Source of the DNA: Burkholderiaceae bacterium
GTDB lineage: Bacteria; Pseudomonadota; Gammaproteobacteria; Burkholderiales; Burkholderiaceae_C
Direction of reading: 5' to 3'
Assembly: GCA_965284495.1 (NCBI GenBank)
Contig: OZ260105.1
Span: 260,049-324,048 of the forward strand
Length of the DNA stretch: 64,000 nt
In this document: piece by piece, positions 1 through 9,073 of the stretch
Layout: each line of letters begins with the position of its first letter
Position numbering within the stretch: position 1 is the first letter of the stretch
Notes under the pieces: generated by a model
Seen by the model: only the letters and a program-made list of their open reading frames with translations
Databases searched by the model: none
Told to the model about the DNA's origin: nothing
Program-made: the position numbers and the translations under genes

Positions 1-372
1 TTCGCCATCGACACGGTGGCCAGCGCCGCACCCCATGTGCGATCGGGCAAGTTGCGCGCACTGGCTATTGCGGGCAACGAGCGCGCCCGCGCCCTGCCAA
101 CAGTGCCCACCGTGCAAGAGCTGAAACTGCCGGAGGCCGCCTTTGACGGCTGGTACGCGGTGGCTGCCCCTGCGCGCACGCCCGCGCCCATCGTGGATAA
201 GCTGATGAAAGAAGTGGAGGCCGCCATGCGAGATGTCGCCCTCCAAGAACAAATCCGCGCCCAGGGCATGGAGCCTGTGTTTGTAGGCCCGAAAGCCATG
301 AATGCCGCCATGGAAGACGAGATCGGCCGCTACCGCGCGCTGGCCCACCGCGCGCAGATCGTGGTGGAGTGA
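1..372 (+). CDS. Bug/TctC tripartite tricarboxylate transporter substrate-binding protein, C-terminal part (5' truncated by window)
   Basis: Open frame from base 1; GKLRALAIAG..R...LP.VPT..E and W..V.APA.TP..IV..L motifs typical of the Bug C-terminus. Confidence 0.85.
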   Translation, partial: FAIDTVASAAPHVRSGKLRALAIAGNERARALPTVPTVQELKLPEAAFDGWYAVAAPARTPAPIVDKLMKEVEAAMRDVALQEQIRAQGMEPVFVGPKAMNAAMEDEIGRYRALAHRAQIVVE

Positions 373-391
373 CCCGAACAAGGAGAACACG

Positions 392-1807
392 ATGAACCGA
401 GAACAACTGATCAAGAACGTCCAACACTACTTCGACGACGGCCGCTTTGCGACTGACTTGCACCGCCGCGTGGCCTTGCGCACCGAAAGCGACACCGGGC
501 AAGTGCCCCCCACGCTGCGCACGTACCTGACCGACGAAATCGTGCCATGGCTGGAGCCTTTGGGTTTCGACTGCCAGGTGCTCGACAACCCCGATCCTAA
601 AGGCGGCCCCCTGCTTTTGGCGCGGCGCGTAGAAGACCCATCCCTGCCCACCGTGATGACCTATGGCCACGGCGACGTGGTCAACGGCCAGGACAGCCAA
701 TGGCGCGAAGGCCTTTCACCGTGGGAGCTGACCATCGAAGGCGACCGCTGGTATGGCCGTGGCACGGCCGACAACAAGGGCCAGCACACCGTCAGCCTCT
801 CTGCGCTGGCACACACGTTGCAAGCCCGCCAGGGCCGCTTGGGCTACAACGTGACGTTGCTGATGGAAATGGGCGAAGAAGCGGGCTCACCCGGCCTGGC
901 CGCCTTTTGCGAACAGCACCGCGACGCGCTGAAAGCCGACCTGTTTGTGGCCAGCGACGGCCCGCGCGTGAGCGCGGCACGCCCCACGCTCTTCCTCGGC
1001 TCGCGGGGCGCCATCAACTTCTCCCTCACTGTGCGCAGCCGCGACAAGGCCTACCACTCTGGCAACTGGGGCGGCGTGCTGGCCAACCCCGCCACCGTGC
1101 TCACACACGCCCTCACCACACTGGTAGACGCCAAGGGTCGCATTCTGGTCAGGGGCCTGCTGCCTCCGGCAGTGCCCGCCAAGCTGCGCACCGCCCTCCA
1201 AGACGTGGCCATTGGCACGGGTGCCGATGACCCCGCGCTGACACCCGGCTGGGGCGAACCGGGCCTCACGCCCGCCGAGCAACTGGTGGGCTGGAACACA
1301 CTGGAAGTATTGGCACTGGGCGCGGGCAATGCGCAGCGGCCGATCAATGCCATCCCTTCGCAAGCGGTCGCGCATTGCCAATTGCGCTTTGTGGTGGGCA
1401 CCGACTGGCACAACGTGGAAGCCATCGTGCGCGAACACCTGGACGCACACGGCTTCGCCGACGTGGCCATCACCGTGGGCATGGTGTGCGGCGCCACGCG
1501 GCTGGACCTGCACAACCCTTGGGTGGACTGGGCTCTGGCGTCGCTAGAGGCCAGCGCTGGGCAGCCCGCCACCTTGCTGCCCAACCTCGCCGGTTCTTTG
1601 CCCAACGACATCTTTGCGGACCAGCTGGGACTGCCCACGCTGTGGGTGCCCCACTCGTACCCGGCCTGCGCGCAACACGCGCCCAATGAGCACCTGCTCG
1701 GCTCCGTAGCGCGCGAAGGGCTGGCCGTTATGGCCGGGCTGTTCTGGGACCTGGGTGAGTCGCAGGGCACGCCTTGGAAGGAAGGCCGCATCAAGGCCGC
1801 TGCATAG
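392..1807 (+). CDS. M20/M25/M40 family metallopeptidase
   Basis: YGHGDVV, GRGTADNKGQH, EMGEE, HAPNEH metal-binding motifs; AGGAGA RBS at 381-386 before ATG 392. Confidence 0.9.
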   Translation: MNREQLIKNVQHYFDDGRFATDLHRRVALRTESDTGQVPPTLRTYLTDEIVPWLEPLGFDCQVLDNPDPKGGPLLLARRVEDPSLPTVMTYGHGDVVNGQDSQWREGLSPWELTIEGDRWYGRGTADNKGQHTVSLSALAHTLQARQGRLGYNVTLLMEMGEEAGSPGLAAFCEQHRDALKADLFVASDGPRVSAARPTLFLGSRGAINFSLTVRSRDKAYHSGNWGGVLANPATVLTHALTTLVDAKGRILVRGLLPPAVPAKLRTALQDVAIGTGADDPALTPGWGEPGLTPAEQLVGWNTLEVLALGAGNAQRPINAIPSQAVAHCQLRFVVGTDWHNVEAIVREHLDAHGFADVAITVGMVCGATRLDLHNPWVDWALASLEASAGQPATLLPNLAGSLPNDIFADQLGLPTLWVPHSYPACAQHAPNEHLLGSVAREGLAVMAGLFWDLGESQGTPWKEGRIKAAA

Positions 1808-1830
1808 GCGCCAGGCGTACTGGCCGACAT

Positions 1831-1859
1831 AAAAAAAAGGGGCTGTTCAGCCCCTTTTT
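1831..1859. terminator. Bidirectional intrinsic terminator
   Basis: AAAAAGGGGCT-GTTC-AGCCCCTTTTT between convergent genes. Confidence 0.8.
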
Positions 1860-1877
1860 GTTATCTAGCCGCAGCAC

Positions 1878-2939
1878 TCACAACGCCGGATCGCGCAGTT
1901 CCCATCGAATGGAATCAATCGCCTTGAGCACTTCGGGCGACAGCGTGGTGCCCCATGCCGCCAAGTCTTCATCGAGCTGTGCCACCGACGTCACGCCGAT
2001 GATGGTGCTGGCGACCTGCCACTTGGTGTAGCAGAAGGCCAGTGCCATCTGCGTGGGCGTCATGCCGTTGGCCCGGGCCAGTGCGTTGTAGCGGCGCGAG
2101 GCCTCCAGCGACTCGGGGCGGCCCCAGCGCTGCTTGCGCACCGATTCATACGACGAGATGCGCGCGCCCTTGGGCGCATCGGGGCCGGTGATGCCACTGT
2201 CGTCGTACTTGCCCGTCAGCAGGCCAAAGCCCAGGGGCGAGTAGGCCAGCAGCGACACGTTCAGCCGGTGGCAGGTTTCGTCCAGCGCGTTTTCCCAGGT
2301 GCGGTTGATCAGACAGTACGGGTTCTGCACCGTCGCCACCCGTGGCAAGCCATGTTGCTCGGCCAGGCGCACGAACTCGTGCACGCCGTAAGGCGTCTCG
2401 TTGGAGAGGCCGATGTAGCGCACCTTGCCCGCCTTCACCAAGCCCGCCAGCGCGTCCAGTTGGGCGTGGATGGGGGTCTCGGACGTTTCTTTGGCTGGGT
2501 CGTAATACAAGGCGCCAAAGGCGGGCACATGGCGCTCGGGCCAGTGGATCTGGTAGAGGTCGATCACGTCCGTCTGCAGCCGGCGCAGGCTGGCGTCGCA
2601 CGAGGCCACGATGTCAGCGGGCGCCATGCCTTTGGCTTCGCGCACCCAGGGCATGCCACGCGAGGGGCCCGCCACCTTGGTGGCCAACACCAGCTTTTCG
2701 CGTGCACCGGGGTTCTTGGAAAACCAGTTGCCGATGATGGTCTCGGTCGCGCCAAAGGTCTCGGCCTTGGCGGGCACCGAATACATCTCGGCCGTGTCGA
2801 TGAAGTTCACGCCGCGGTCCAGCGAATGGCTGAGGATGGCATGCGAATCGGCCTCGTTGACCTGCTCGCCGAAGGTCATGGTGCCCAGGCAAATAGGGGT
2901 GACATGCAGGTCACTCTGACCCAAGGGGACTTTGTTCAT
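1878..2939 (-). CDS. Aldo/keto reductase (Tas-like)
   Basis: CLGTMTFG, DTAEMY, LATKVAG, DLYQIHWP, YIGLSNET, LLAYSPLG motifs. Confidence 0.9.
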   Translation of the reverse strand: MNKVPLGQSDLHVTPICLGTMTFGEQVNEADSHAILSHSLDRGVNFIDTAEMYSVPAKAETFGATETIIGNWFSKNPGAREKLVLATKVAGPSRGMPWVREAKGMAPADIVASCDASLRRLQTDVIDLYQIHWPERHVPAFGALYYDPAKETSETPIHAQLDALAGLVKAGKVRYIGLSNETPYGVHEFVRLAEQHGLPRVATVQNPYCLINRTWENALDETCHRLNVSLLAYSPLGFGLLTGKYDDSGITGPDAPKGARISSYESVRKQRWGRPESLEASRRYNALARANGMTPTQMALAFCYTKWQVASTIIGVTSVAQLDEDLAAWGTTLSPEVLKAIDSIRWELRDPAL

Positions 2940-3164
2940 GCGGTAAAGACTCCAGTAGACAAGGAAAGAAACGCAGCAAAGCGCAAGAATGAAGATCGGC
3001 TGCCGGGCGGATGTGCGGAGCCTCGGGCAAGGATGTTACAAGCGAACGCGCGATGAGGTGCGCGAGGGGAAATGGGCGGACCAAACCCCAGGGCCAGCGC
3101 CGTGCCCAGCGTCAGAGAGTTGACGCAACCGACAAGCACCACAGCACATAAATATAAACAAAAA

Positions 3165-3214
3165 TGGCCTCTAGCGCTTACTGGTAAAGCGCTAGCAGCT
3201 ATGCTTTAAATAGC
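3165..3214 (+). repeat. Dispersed double-palindrome repeat (family A), reference copy
   Basis: TGGCCT-CTAGCGCTT-N7-AAGCGCTAG-CA-GCTAT-N7-ATAGC. Confidence 0.9.
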
Positions 3215-3299
3215 AAATGAACTCAATTCGACTCCACTCAATTCCATCCATTGGGCCCTCACCGAACAGCACGGAGCAGCACGGAGCACACCCGCGCCA

Positions 3300-4019
3300 T
3301 CACACCGTGAGGTAACGCGCCCACAGGCTGCGGTCAGCGTTCAGCGCGGCAGAGTCTCCTTGCCACACCACGCGCCCGCGTTCCAGGATCACATGGCGGT
3401 CGGCCAGGTCCACCAACCGGTGCACGTATTTGTCCACCACCAGAATGGTCTGCCCTGCGGCCTTGAGCATAGCCAAGCAGCGCCAGATTTCCTCGCGGAT
3501 CACAGGGGCCAGGCCTTCCGTGGCCTCGTCCAGGATGAGCAGGCGCGGGTTGGTGGACAGCGCGCGGCCAATGGCCAGCATCTGTTGCTCGCCACCCGAC
3601 AGCTGGTTGCCCAGGTTGTTTTGCCGCTCCTTCAGGCGCGGGAACAGGTTGTAGATGCGGTCAATGTCCCAGGCGTCACGCAGGCCGTTGCGGTTGTCTG
3701 CAAACGCTACCAGGTGCTCACGCACCGTGAGGTTGGGGAACACACGGCGCCCCTCGGGCACGATGGCCAGGCCCAGGCGGGCGATGGCGTCGCTTTGCAG
3801 CGCCCCGGTGGGCTGGCCTGCAAAACGAATCCCGCCCGCCGTGGGCCGCAGCGCACCCACCAGGGTCTTGATGGTGGTGCTTTTGCCCATGCCATTGCGG
3901 CCCAGCAGGGACACCACCTCGCCTGCGGCAATCTGCAGATCGATGCCAAACAGCACCTGGCTCACGCCATAGCCCGCCTCGACGGCCTGGCAACTCAACA
4001 GCGGCTCGGGCGCGGTCAT
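3300..4019 (-). CDS. Liv-type ABC transporter ATP-binding protein (LivF-like)
   Basis: Walker A GRNGMGKST, LSGGEQQMLA signature, LLILDE. Confidence 0.9.
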   Translation of the reverse strand: MTAPEPLLSCQAVEAGYGVSQVLFGIDLQIAAGEVVSLLGRNGMGKSTTIKTLVGALRPTAGGIRFAGQPTGALQSDAIARLGLAIVPEGRRVFPNLTVREHLVAFADNRNGLRDAWDIDRIYNLFPRLKERQNNLGNQLSGGEQQMLAIGRALSTNPRLLILDEATEGLAPVIREEIWRCLAMLKAAGQTILVVDKYVHRLVDLADRHVILERGRVVWQGDSAALNADRSLWARYLTV

Positions 4020-4774
4020 GCGGTGGTCTCCAGCGTTTCGGTGCCCAAGTACACGGCCTGCACCTCGGGGTGGTTGCGGATTTCATCGGGTGTGCCTGCT
4101 GTCAGCACACGGCCATACACCAGCACCGAGACGCGGTCGGCCAGGCGAAACACGGCCTCCATGTCGTGCTCGATCAGCAGCACGGCCATGTCCTTGCGCA
4201 GCGCCTCGATGAGCTGCACCATCTGCAGTGATTCGTCCGGCCCCATGCCCGCCATGGGCTCGTCCAGCAGCAGCAGTTTGGGGGCTGCGGCCAGGGCCAG
4301 CGCCACGTCCAGTGTGCGCTGCGCGCCATGCGGCAAAGCGCCCGCGGTCTCGTTCAGGCTGTGCTGCAGCCCCACCCGATCGGCCAGTTGCTCGGCCTTG
4401 GCGTACAGGTCACGCGCCTGCGCACGCGGCTGCACAAAGCGAAAGCTGGAGCCGCTGTGCGCCTGCACGGCCAGCAGCAGGTTGTCGCGCACGCTTTGCG
4501 CCGGGAAGATGCGCGTGACCTGAAAACAGCGCGACAGCCCGTGCGCCACGCGGCGGTGCATGGGCAGCGCGGTGATGTCCACGCCGTCCAGCACCACCCG
4601 CCCAGAGTCGGGCTTCAGCAGGCCCGATATCTGGTTGACCAGCGTCGTTTTTCCCGCCCCGTTGGGGCCAATCAGCGCGTGGATCTCGCCGCGCTCGACC
4701 GCCAGGCTGACGTGGTCGGTGGCCAGCAGGCCGCCAAAGCGCTTGACCAGGCCCTCGACTTGAAAGAGGCTCAT
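4016..4774 (-). CDS. Liv-type ABC transporter ATP-binding protein (LivG-like)
   Basis: True start MSLFQVEG (ATG 4774, overlapping livM stop); GPNGAGKTT, LLLLDEPMAGM, LIEHDM. Confidence 0.9.
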   Translation of the reverse strand: MSLFQVEGLVKRFGGLLATDHVSLAVERGEIHALIGPNGAGKTTLVNQISGLLKPDSGRVVLDGVDITALPMHRRVAHGLSRCFQVTRIFPAQSVRDNLLLAVQAHSGSSFRFVQPRAQARDLYAKAEQLADRVGLQHSLNETAGALPHGAQRTLDVALALAAAPKLLLLDEPMAGMGPDESLQMVQLIEALRKDMAVLLIEHDMEAVFRLADRVSVLVYGRVLTAGTPDEIRNHPEVQAVYLGTETLETTA

Positions 4775-5778
4775 CGGGTGCTCCTTGCACGCAGGTCGGC
4801 CAGCGCGGCCAGTCCCTTGGGCGCATACAGAGCGGTGACAATCAGCAGCGCACCCAGCGGCATGTGCCAATAGTCGGTGTTGAGCTTGAGAACTTCTTCC
4901 AGCGTCAGCCACACCGCAGCGCCTAGCGGCCCGCCCCAGCGACGGCCCAGGCCACCAATAACCACCATCACAATCAGCGTGGCCGACTGCGTCCAGTGCA
5001 TCATCGACGGGCTGACAAAGCTGTTGCCCGTGGCCAGAAACGCACCGGCCAGGCCTGCCACTGCACCGGCCAACACAAATGCCGTGAGCTGCAGCAAATA
5101 CACCGGGTAGCCCAGCGCACGCATGCGCGTTTCGTTGTCGCGGATGCCTGCCAGAGCTGCACCAAAACGCGACGCAGTGGCGCGGTCCAGCCACCACAGC
5201 ACCACGGCCACCAGCGCCAGCACCACCCAGTACAACGTGGATTCGTCGGCACTGTTGAGCCCCAGGCCCAGCAAGGGCCGCATGGGCAGGCTGTAGCCAT
5301 CGTCGCCGCCATAGCTGCGCAGCGACACAAACACGAAGTACAGCATCTGCGCAAAGGCCAGCGTGATCATGATGAAGTACACGCCCTTGGTGCGCAGCGA
5401 CACCGCGCCAATCACCACCGCAGCCAACGCGGCGAGCGCCATCGCAGCGCCCCACACCACCCAGGCAGATGTCACGCCCGCATCGGTCAACATGACCACC
5501 GCATAGGCCCCAACACCCACGAAACCGGCATGCCCCAACGCCACCATGCCGCCACACCCCATGATGAAGTTGAGGCTGGCGGCCGCCAGTGCAAACACCA
5601 GCACCCGGCGTACAAAGCCAATGTAAAAGTCCAGCCCCAGCGCTGATGCGATGGGCGGGAACACGGCCAGCGCCAACAAGACGATGAGCGGAACCACAGC
5701 CCCCATCCAGCGTGCTGATTGGGCACCGCGCACCGCAGAGGCGGTGGACAGAGAAGGTGAACTTGAAGCGACCGACAT
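4771..5778 (-). CDS. Liv-type ABC transporter permease (LivM-like)
   Basis: Multi-TM; G.VALGHAGF.GVGAY and AGIRDNE.RMRALG motifs. Confidence 0.85.
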   Translation of the reverse strand: MSVASSSPSLSTASAVRGAQSARWMGAVVPLIVLLALAVFPPIASALGLDFYIGFVRRVLVFALAAASLNFIMGCGGMVALGHAGFVGVGAYAVVMLTDAGVTSAWVVWGAAMALAALAAVVIGAVSLRTKGVYFIMITLAFAQMLYFVFVSLRSYGGDDGYSLPMRPLLGLGLNSADESTLYWVVLALVAVVLWWLDRATASRFGAALAGIRDNETRMRALGYPVYLLQLTAFVLAGAVAGLAGAFLATGNSFVSPSMMHWTQSATLIVMVVIGGLGRRWGGPLGAAVWLTLEEVLKLNTDYWHMPLGALLIVTALYAPKGLAALADLRARSTR

Positions 5779-5781
5779 CCG

Positions 5782-6702
5782 TCAGGCCCTCGCAGAAAAG
5801 AGCCCCGCGGGGCGGAAGGTCAGCACCGCAGCCATCAGTGCGTACATGGCCACCTCGGCAAACAGCGGCCCCAGGTCGGCCGCCAGCGCAGGCGGCAGCG
5901 TGGCACGCAGCAGCAGCGGCAAAAAGGCGCGGCCAATGGTGTCCACCAGGCCCACCAGCAGCGCCGCCACAAAGGCACCCCGCACCGAGCCAATGCCCCC
6001 AATGACGATGACCACCAGCGCAGGAATCAAGATGGATTCGCCCATGCCCACCTGCACGGCCATGATGGGCCCCATCAGCGCGCCTGCCAGGGCGGCAAGC
6101 GCAGCGCCCAGCAGAAAAATGCCGCTGAACACGCGCTTGACGCGAACGCCCATCAACTCGGCCATGGCCCGGTCAGACGCGCCCGCGCGCACCAGCATGC
6201 CCACGCGGCTGTGGTTGACCAGCAGGTACAACAACCCGGCCACCAGCACCCCGGCACCCAAAATGACCAGCCGGTACGACGGGTACGGCAAGCCCGCAAA
6301 CAGCTCCACCGGGCCCGCCAGTGCCGCAGGCGTGGGCGCCATCACGGGCGATGGGCCCCACACCATCTTCACGGCGTCGTCGGCCACCAAAATCACACCG
6401 AACGTGGCCAGCACCTGCGCCAGGTGGTCGCGCCCGTACAGGCGGCGCATCAGCGTCACCTCCAGCAGCACCGCCACCAGCATCGTGACCACCACGGCTA
6501 CCAGCACGGCGCCCGCAAATGAGCCGCTTTGCACATGCACCGTGGCTGCCACATACGCACCCACCATGAACAGTGAACCGTGCGACAGGTTCATCACGTC
6601 CATGATCCCAAAGACCAGCGTGAGGCCCGCAGCGATGAGAAACAGCATGAGCCCATAGCCCGCGCCATTGAGCAATTGCTCGAAGACAAGTATCGGATTC
6701 AT
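5782..6702 (-). CDS. Liv-type ABC transporter permease (LivH-like)
   Basis: LIAAGLTLVFGIMDVMNLSHG; GGIGSVRGA. Confidence 0.9.
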   Translation of the reverse strand: MNPILVFEQLLNGAGYGLMLFLIAAGLTLVFGIMDVMNLSHGSLFMVGAYVAATVHVQSGSFAGAVLVAVVVTMLVAVLLEVTLMRRLYGRDHLAQVLATFGVILVADDAVKMVWGPSPVMAPTPAALAGPVELFAGLPYPSYRLVILGAGVLVAGLLYLLVNHSRVGMLVRAGASDRAMAELMGVRVKRVFSGIFLLGAALAALAGALMGPIMAVQVGMGESILIPALVVIVIGGIGSVRGAFVAALLVGLVDTIGRAFLPLLLRATLPPALAADLGPLFAEVAMYALMAAVLTFRPAGLFSARA

Positions 6703-6805
6703 GAGGTGGCCGTCATGCGCAGATTAAGGTGCAGGTTAATTTCGGTATTCCAGTGCTCGATGCGCCGTCGTCGCTGTCCGTAAAAACTGGCGTTTCCCCG
6801 GCAAA

Positions 6806-6867
6806 GGGCCGCCCCGCCGCGCTGGCGGCGTCCCCCTCAGGGGGAAGGCGCGAAGCGCCTCAGGGGG
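6806..6867. repeat. GC-rich multi-hairpin REP-like element (family B)
   Basis: CGCCGC-GCTG-GCGGCG, CCCCCT-CA-GGGGG and GGCGC-GAA-GCGCC hairpins; CCTCAGGGGG occurs twice; a looser relative lies at ~13003-13026. Confidence 0.6.
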
Positions 6868-6870
6868 TTG

Positions 6871-8085
6871 TCAATTCTTCAACCCGCATTGCGACGAGTA
6901 CGCATCGCCATAGCCTTCCAGCACCGTCTTGAGCGTCTTGTTCGTCACGCGGCCTTCAGCGTTTTTGCCGATGGTGCGCAGGTAGAAGTTCTGCACCGGG
7001 AAATGGTTGTTGGCATAGCGGAAGCTGCCGCGCACCGATGCGAACTGCGCCTTGGCCAGGGCCTTTGTCAGCGCTTCCTTGTCGCTCACCTTGCCGCCCA
7101 CGGCCTTCACCGCAGCGTCCATGGCGGCAATCACGTCATAGGCTTGCGCGGCATACAGCGAGGGGTAGCGGCCTGCGTACTCTTTGCGGAACGCGGCTAC
7201 AAACGCCTTGTTGGCCGCGTTGTCCAGGTCGTGCGCCCAGTGGGTGGTGTTGAACAGGCCCAGCATGGGTTCGCCCACTGCGCCGATGATGTCCTCGTCG
7301 GCCGAGAACCCGCTGGTGACCAGCGTGATGTCTTTGGACAGGCCCGCACCCACAAACTGCTTGATGAAGTTGATGCCCATGGCCCCGGGCAAGAAGAAGT
7401 ACAGCGCATCGGGTTTGGCGGCGCGCAGTTGCGCCAGTTCGGTGGCGTAGTCCAGCTGGCCAACCTTGGTGTAGATCTCGTCGGCCACCACGCCCTTGTA
7501 CTTGCGCTTGAAGCCGGTGATGCTGTCCTTGCCCGCGGGGTAGTTGGGTGCCAGCACCACCATGCGGCCAAACTTCTGGTCGGCGGCAAACTGGCCTGCC
7601 GCTTCGTGGAACTGGTCGTTCTGGTAAGCCGTGCCAAAAAAGTACGCATTGCACCCGGCCCCGGCCAGCTGGCTAGGGCCTGCGTTGTTCGACAGGTAGG
7701 GCACCTTGGCGGCAAACAGCGAAGGCGCCACCGCCAACGCCACGTTGGATGCGATGGGGCCGGTAAACAGGTCGATCTTCTCGCGCTGCACAAAACGGTC
7801 TACCAACTGCTTGGCCTGGTCTGGGCTGCCCGCCATGTCGGTCTGCACAAACTCGACCGGCTGCCCCCCGAGCTTGCCACCCAGTTGCTTGATGGCCAGC
7901 GCAAAACCATCACGCGCCTCGGCCCCCGGGCCCGCGAAGGGGCCCGAGATGTCGAGCGCAATACCCACCTTGATGGGCCCGGACTGCGCGATGGCAGACA
8001 GGGAGGTGCAGGCTGCAAAGGCGGCCAGTGCCGTCACGCGTGCAAAGGATTGCACACGAAAAAATGAGCGAAATTTGTGAGCCAT
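6871..8085 (-). CDS. Liv-type ABC substrate-binding protein (aromatic-acid-binding class likely)
   Basis: Start MAHKF at 8085 with AAGGA RBS; signal peptide then IKVGIALDISGPFA; the first ~134 aa of the track ORF are a shadow of the ferredoxin gene. Confidence 0.85.
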   Translation of the reverse strand: MAHKFRSFFRVQSFARVTALAAFAACTSLSAIAQSGPIKVGIALDISGPFAGPGAEARDGFALAIKQLGGKLGGQPVEFVQTDMAGSPDQAKQLVDRFVQREKIDLFTGPIASNVALAVAPSLFAAKVPYLSNNAGPSQLAGAGCNAYFFGTAYQNDQFHEAAGQFAADQKFGRMVVLAPNYPAGKDSITGFKRKYKGVVADEIYTKVGQLDYATELAQLRAAKPDALYFFLPGAMGINFIKQFVGAGLSKDITLVTSGFSADEDIIGAVGEPMLGLFNTTHWAHDLDNAANKAFVAAFRKEYAGRYPSLYAAQAYDVIAAMDAAVKAVGGKVSDKEALTKALAKAQFASVRGSFRYANNHFPVQNFYLRTIGKNAEGRVTNKTLKTVLEGYGDAYSSQCGLKN

Positions 8086-8158
8086 CTTCAGTCCTTGTCT
8101 AACAACGTTCAAGAGAAAATCCGGTGCCACCTTTGCGGCGCATGCACCACAACGTGCG

Positions 8159-8506
8159 CTACACCCCCACTTCAACCCGCCCCGCCACCACGCGCACCGC
8201 AAACGTGCGCACCGCTTCGGTGACGGGCGCCTTGCACGGAGCGCCCGTGCGGATGTCGAAGGTGCCCTGATGCAAGGGACATTCCACGCAGCCGTCTTCC
8301 ACATACCCATCGGACAACTTGGCAGCGCCGTGGGTGCACAGGTCGTGCAGCGCGTACAGGCCCTCGCCATCGCGGAACACCGCCACGGGCAGGCCGCCGA
8401 CCACCACGGGCCAGACAGCACCGTCCGGAAAGTCATCGGGTTCGCCCACGTCGTGCCACGCGGCAGCGGGGGCCTCGGGGGTTTCAAGTTCTTTTTGTGT
8501 TTGCAT
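8159..8506 (-). CDS. andAb: Rieske [2Fe-2S] ferredoxin of ring-hydroxylating dioxygenase (AndAb-like)
   Basis: CTH...CPLH Rieske ligands; position in cluster. Confidence 0.8.
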   Translation of the reverse strand: MQTQKELETPEAPAAAWHDVGEPDDFPDGAVWPVVVGGLPVAVFRDGEGLYALHDLCTHGAAKLSDGYVEDGCVECPLHQGTFDIRTGAPCKAPVTEAVRTFAVRVVAGRVEVGV

Positions 8507-8514
8507 GGGGGGCC

Positions 8515-9060
8515 TCAGATGGGAGTGGAAAGCAAGGTAGCAACGCGCGAGGTGTCGTACACCACGCGCTTGCTCCGGTAGCGCCACTCGCCGCCGTGTT
8601 GCACCACCTCGTCCAGATAGGTGCCGGCCTGGTACACGCTAGAGTCGCCCGCCTGGTTGGTGATGACCACGATGTAGCTTGACTGCGTGTGCACCACACC
8701 ATCCACCACCGACGTGATCACCAAGCCCGAGGTGCTGTGGCGGTACACGTGGTCTTCAAAGATGTTGGCGTTGCGCAGCGAAAGCACGCGGTCGCGCAGC
8801 ATGCCGGCGTTGCGGCAATACATGATGGGCGCAGGGAAGCCTGCGTCGAAGTTCTCTTTGGGGATGATTTCGTAGCGGCCCTCTTCCACAAAGAAGCCGG
8901 GCCAGTCCTCCAGCCGGTTGTTGTCCAGCGCGCTCACGTAGCGGTGCTGCAGCTCCAGCAGCTCGGTCCATAGCTGCAAGCGTTCTTGCCGGGCCATGGG
9001 CTGCAAGGTGTTGGGGTTCGTGGGGGCGATGGCGGTGGTGGGGGGGGTGGGGGCGTTCAT
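8515..9060 (-). CDS. andAd: Ring-hydroxylating dioxygenase small subunit (AndAd-like)
   Basis: Y..ALD...LEDWP.FF...G.Y.IIP.EN and LRDRV.SLR motifs. Confidence 0.75.
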   Translation of the reverse strand: MNAPTPPTTAIAPTNPNTLQPMARQERLQLWTELLELQHRYVSALDNNRLEDWPGFFVEEGRYEIIPKENFDAGFPAPIMYCRNAGMLRDRVLSLRNANIFEDHVYRHSTSGLVITSVVDGVVHTQSSYIVVITNQAGDSSVYQAGTYLDEVVQHGGEWRYRSKRVVYDTSRVATLLSTPI

Positions 9061-9073
9061 CGCATGCTGTCCT

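Noticed and set aside
8086-8487. Apparent N-terminal extension making a 538-aa SBP fusion
   Set aside because: It is an alternative frame of the ferredoxin gene; the real SBP starts at 8085 with its own RBS and signal peptide
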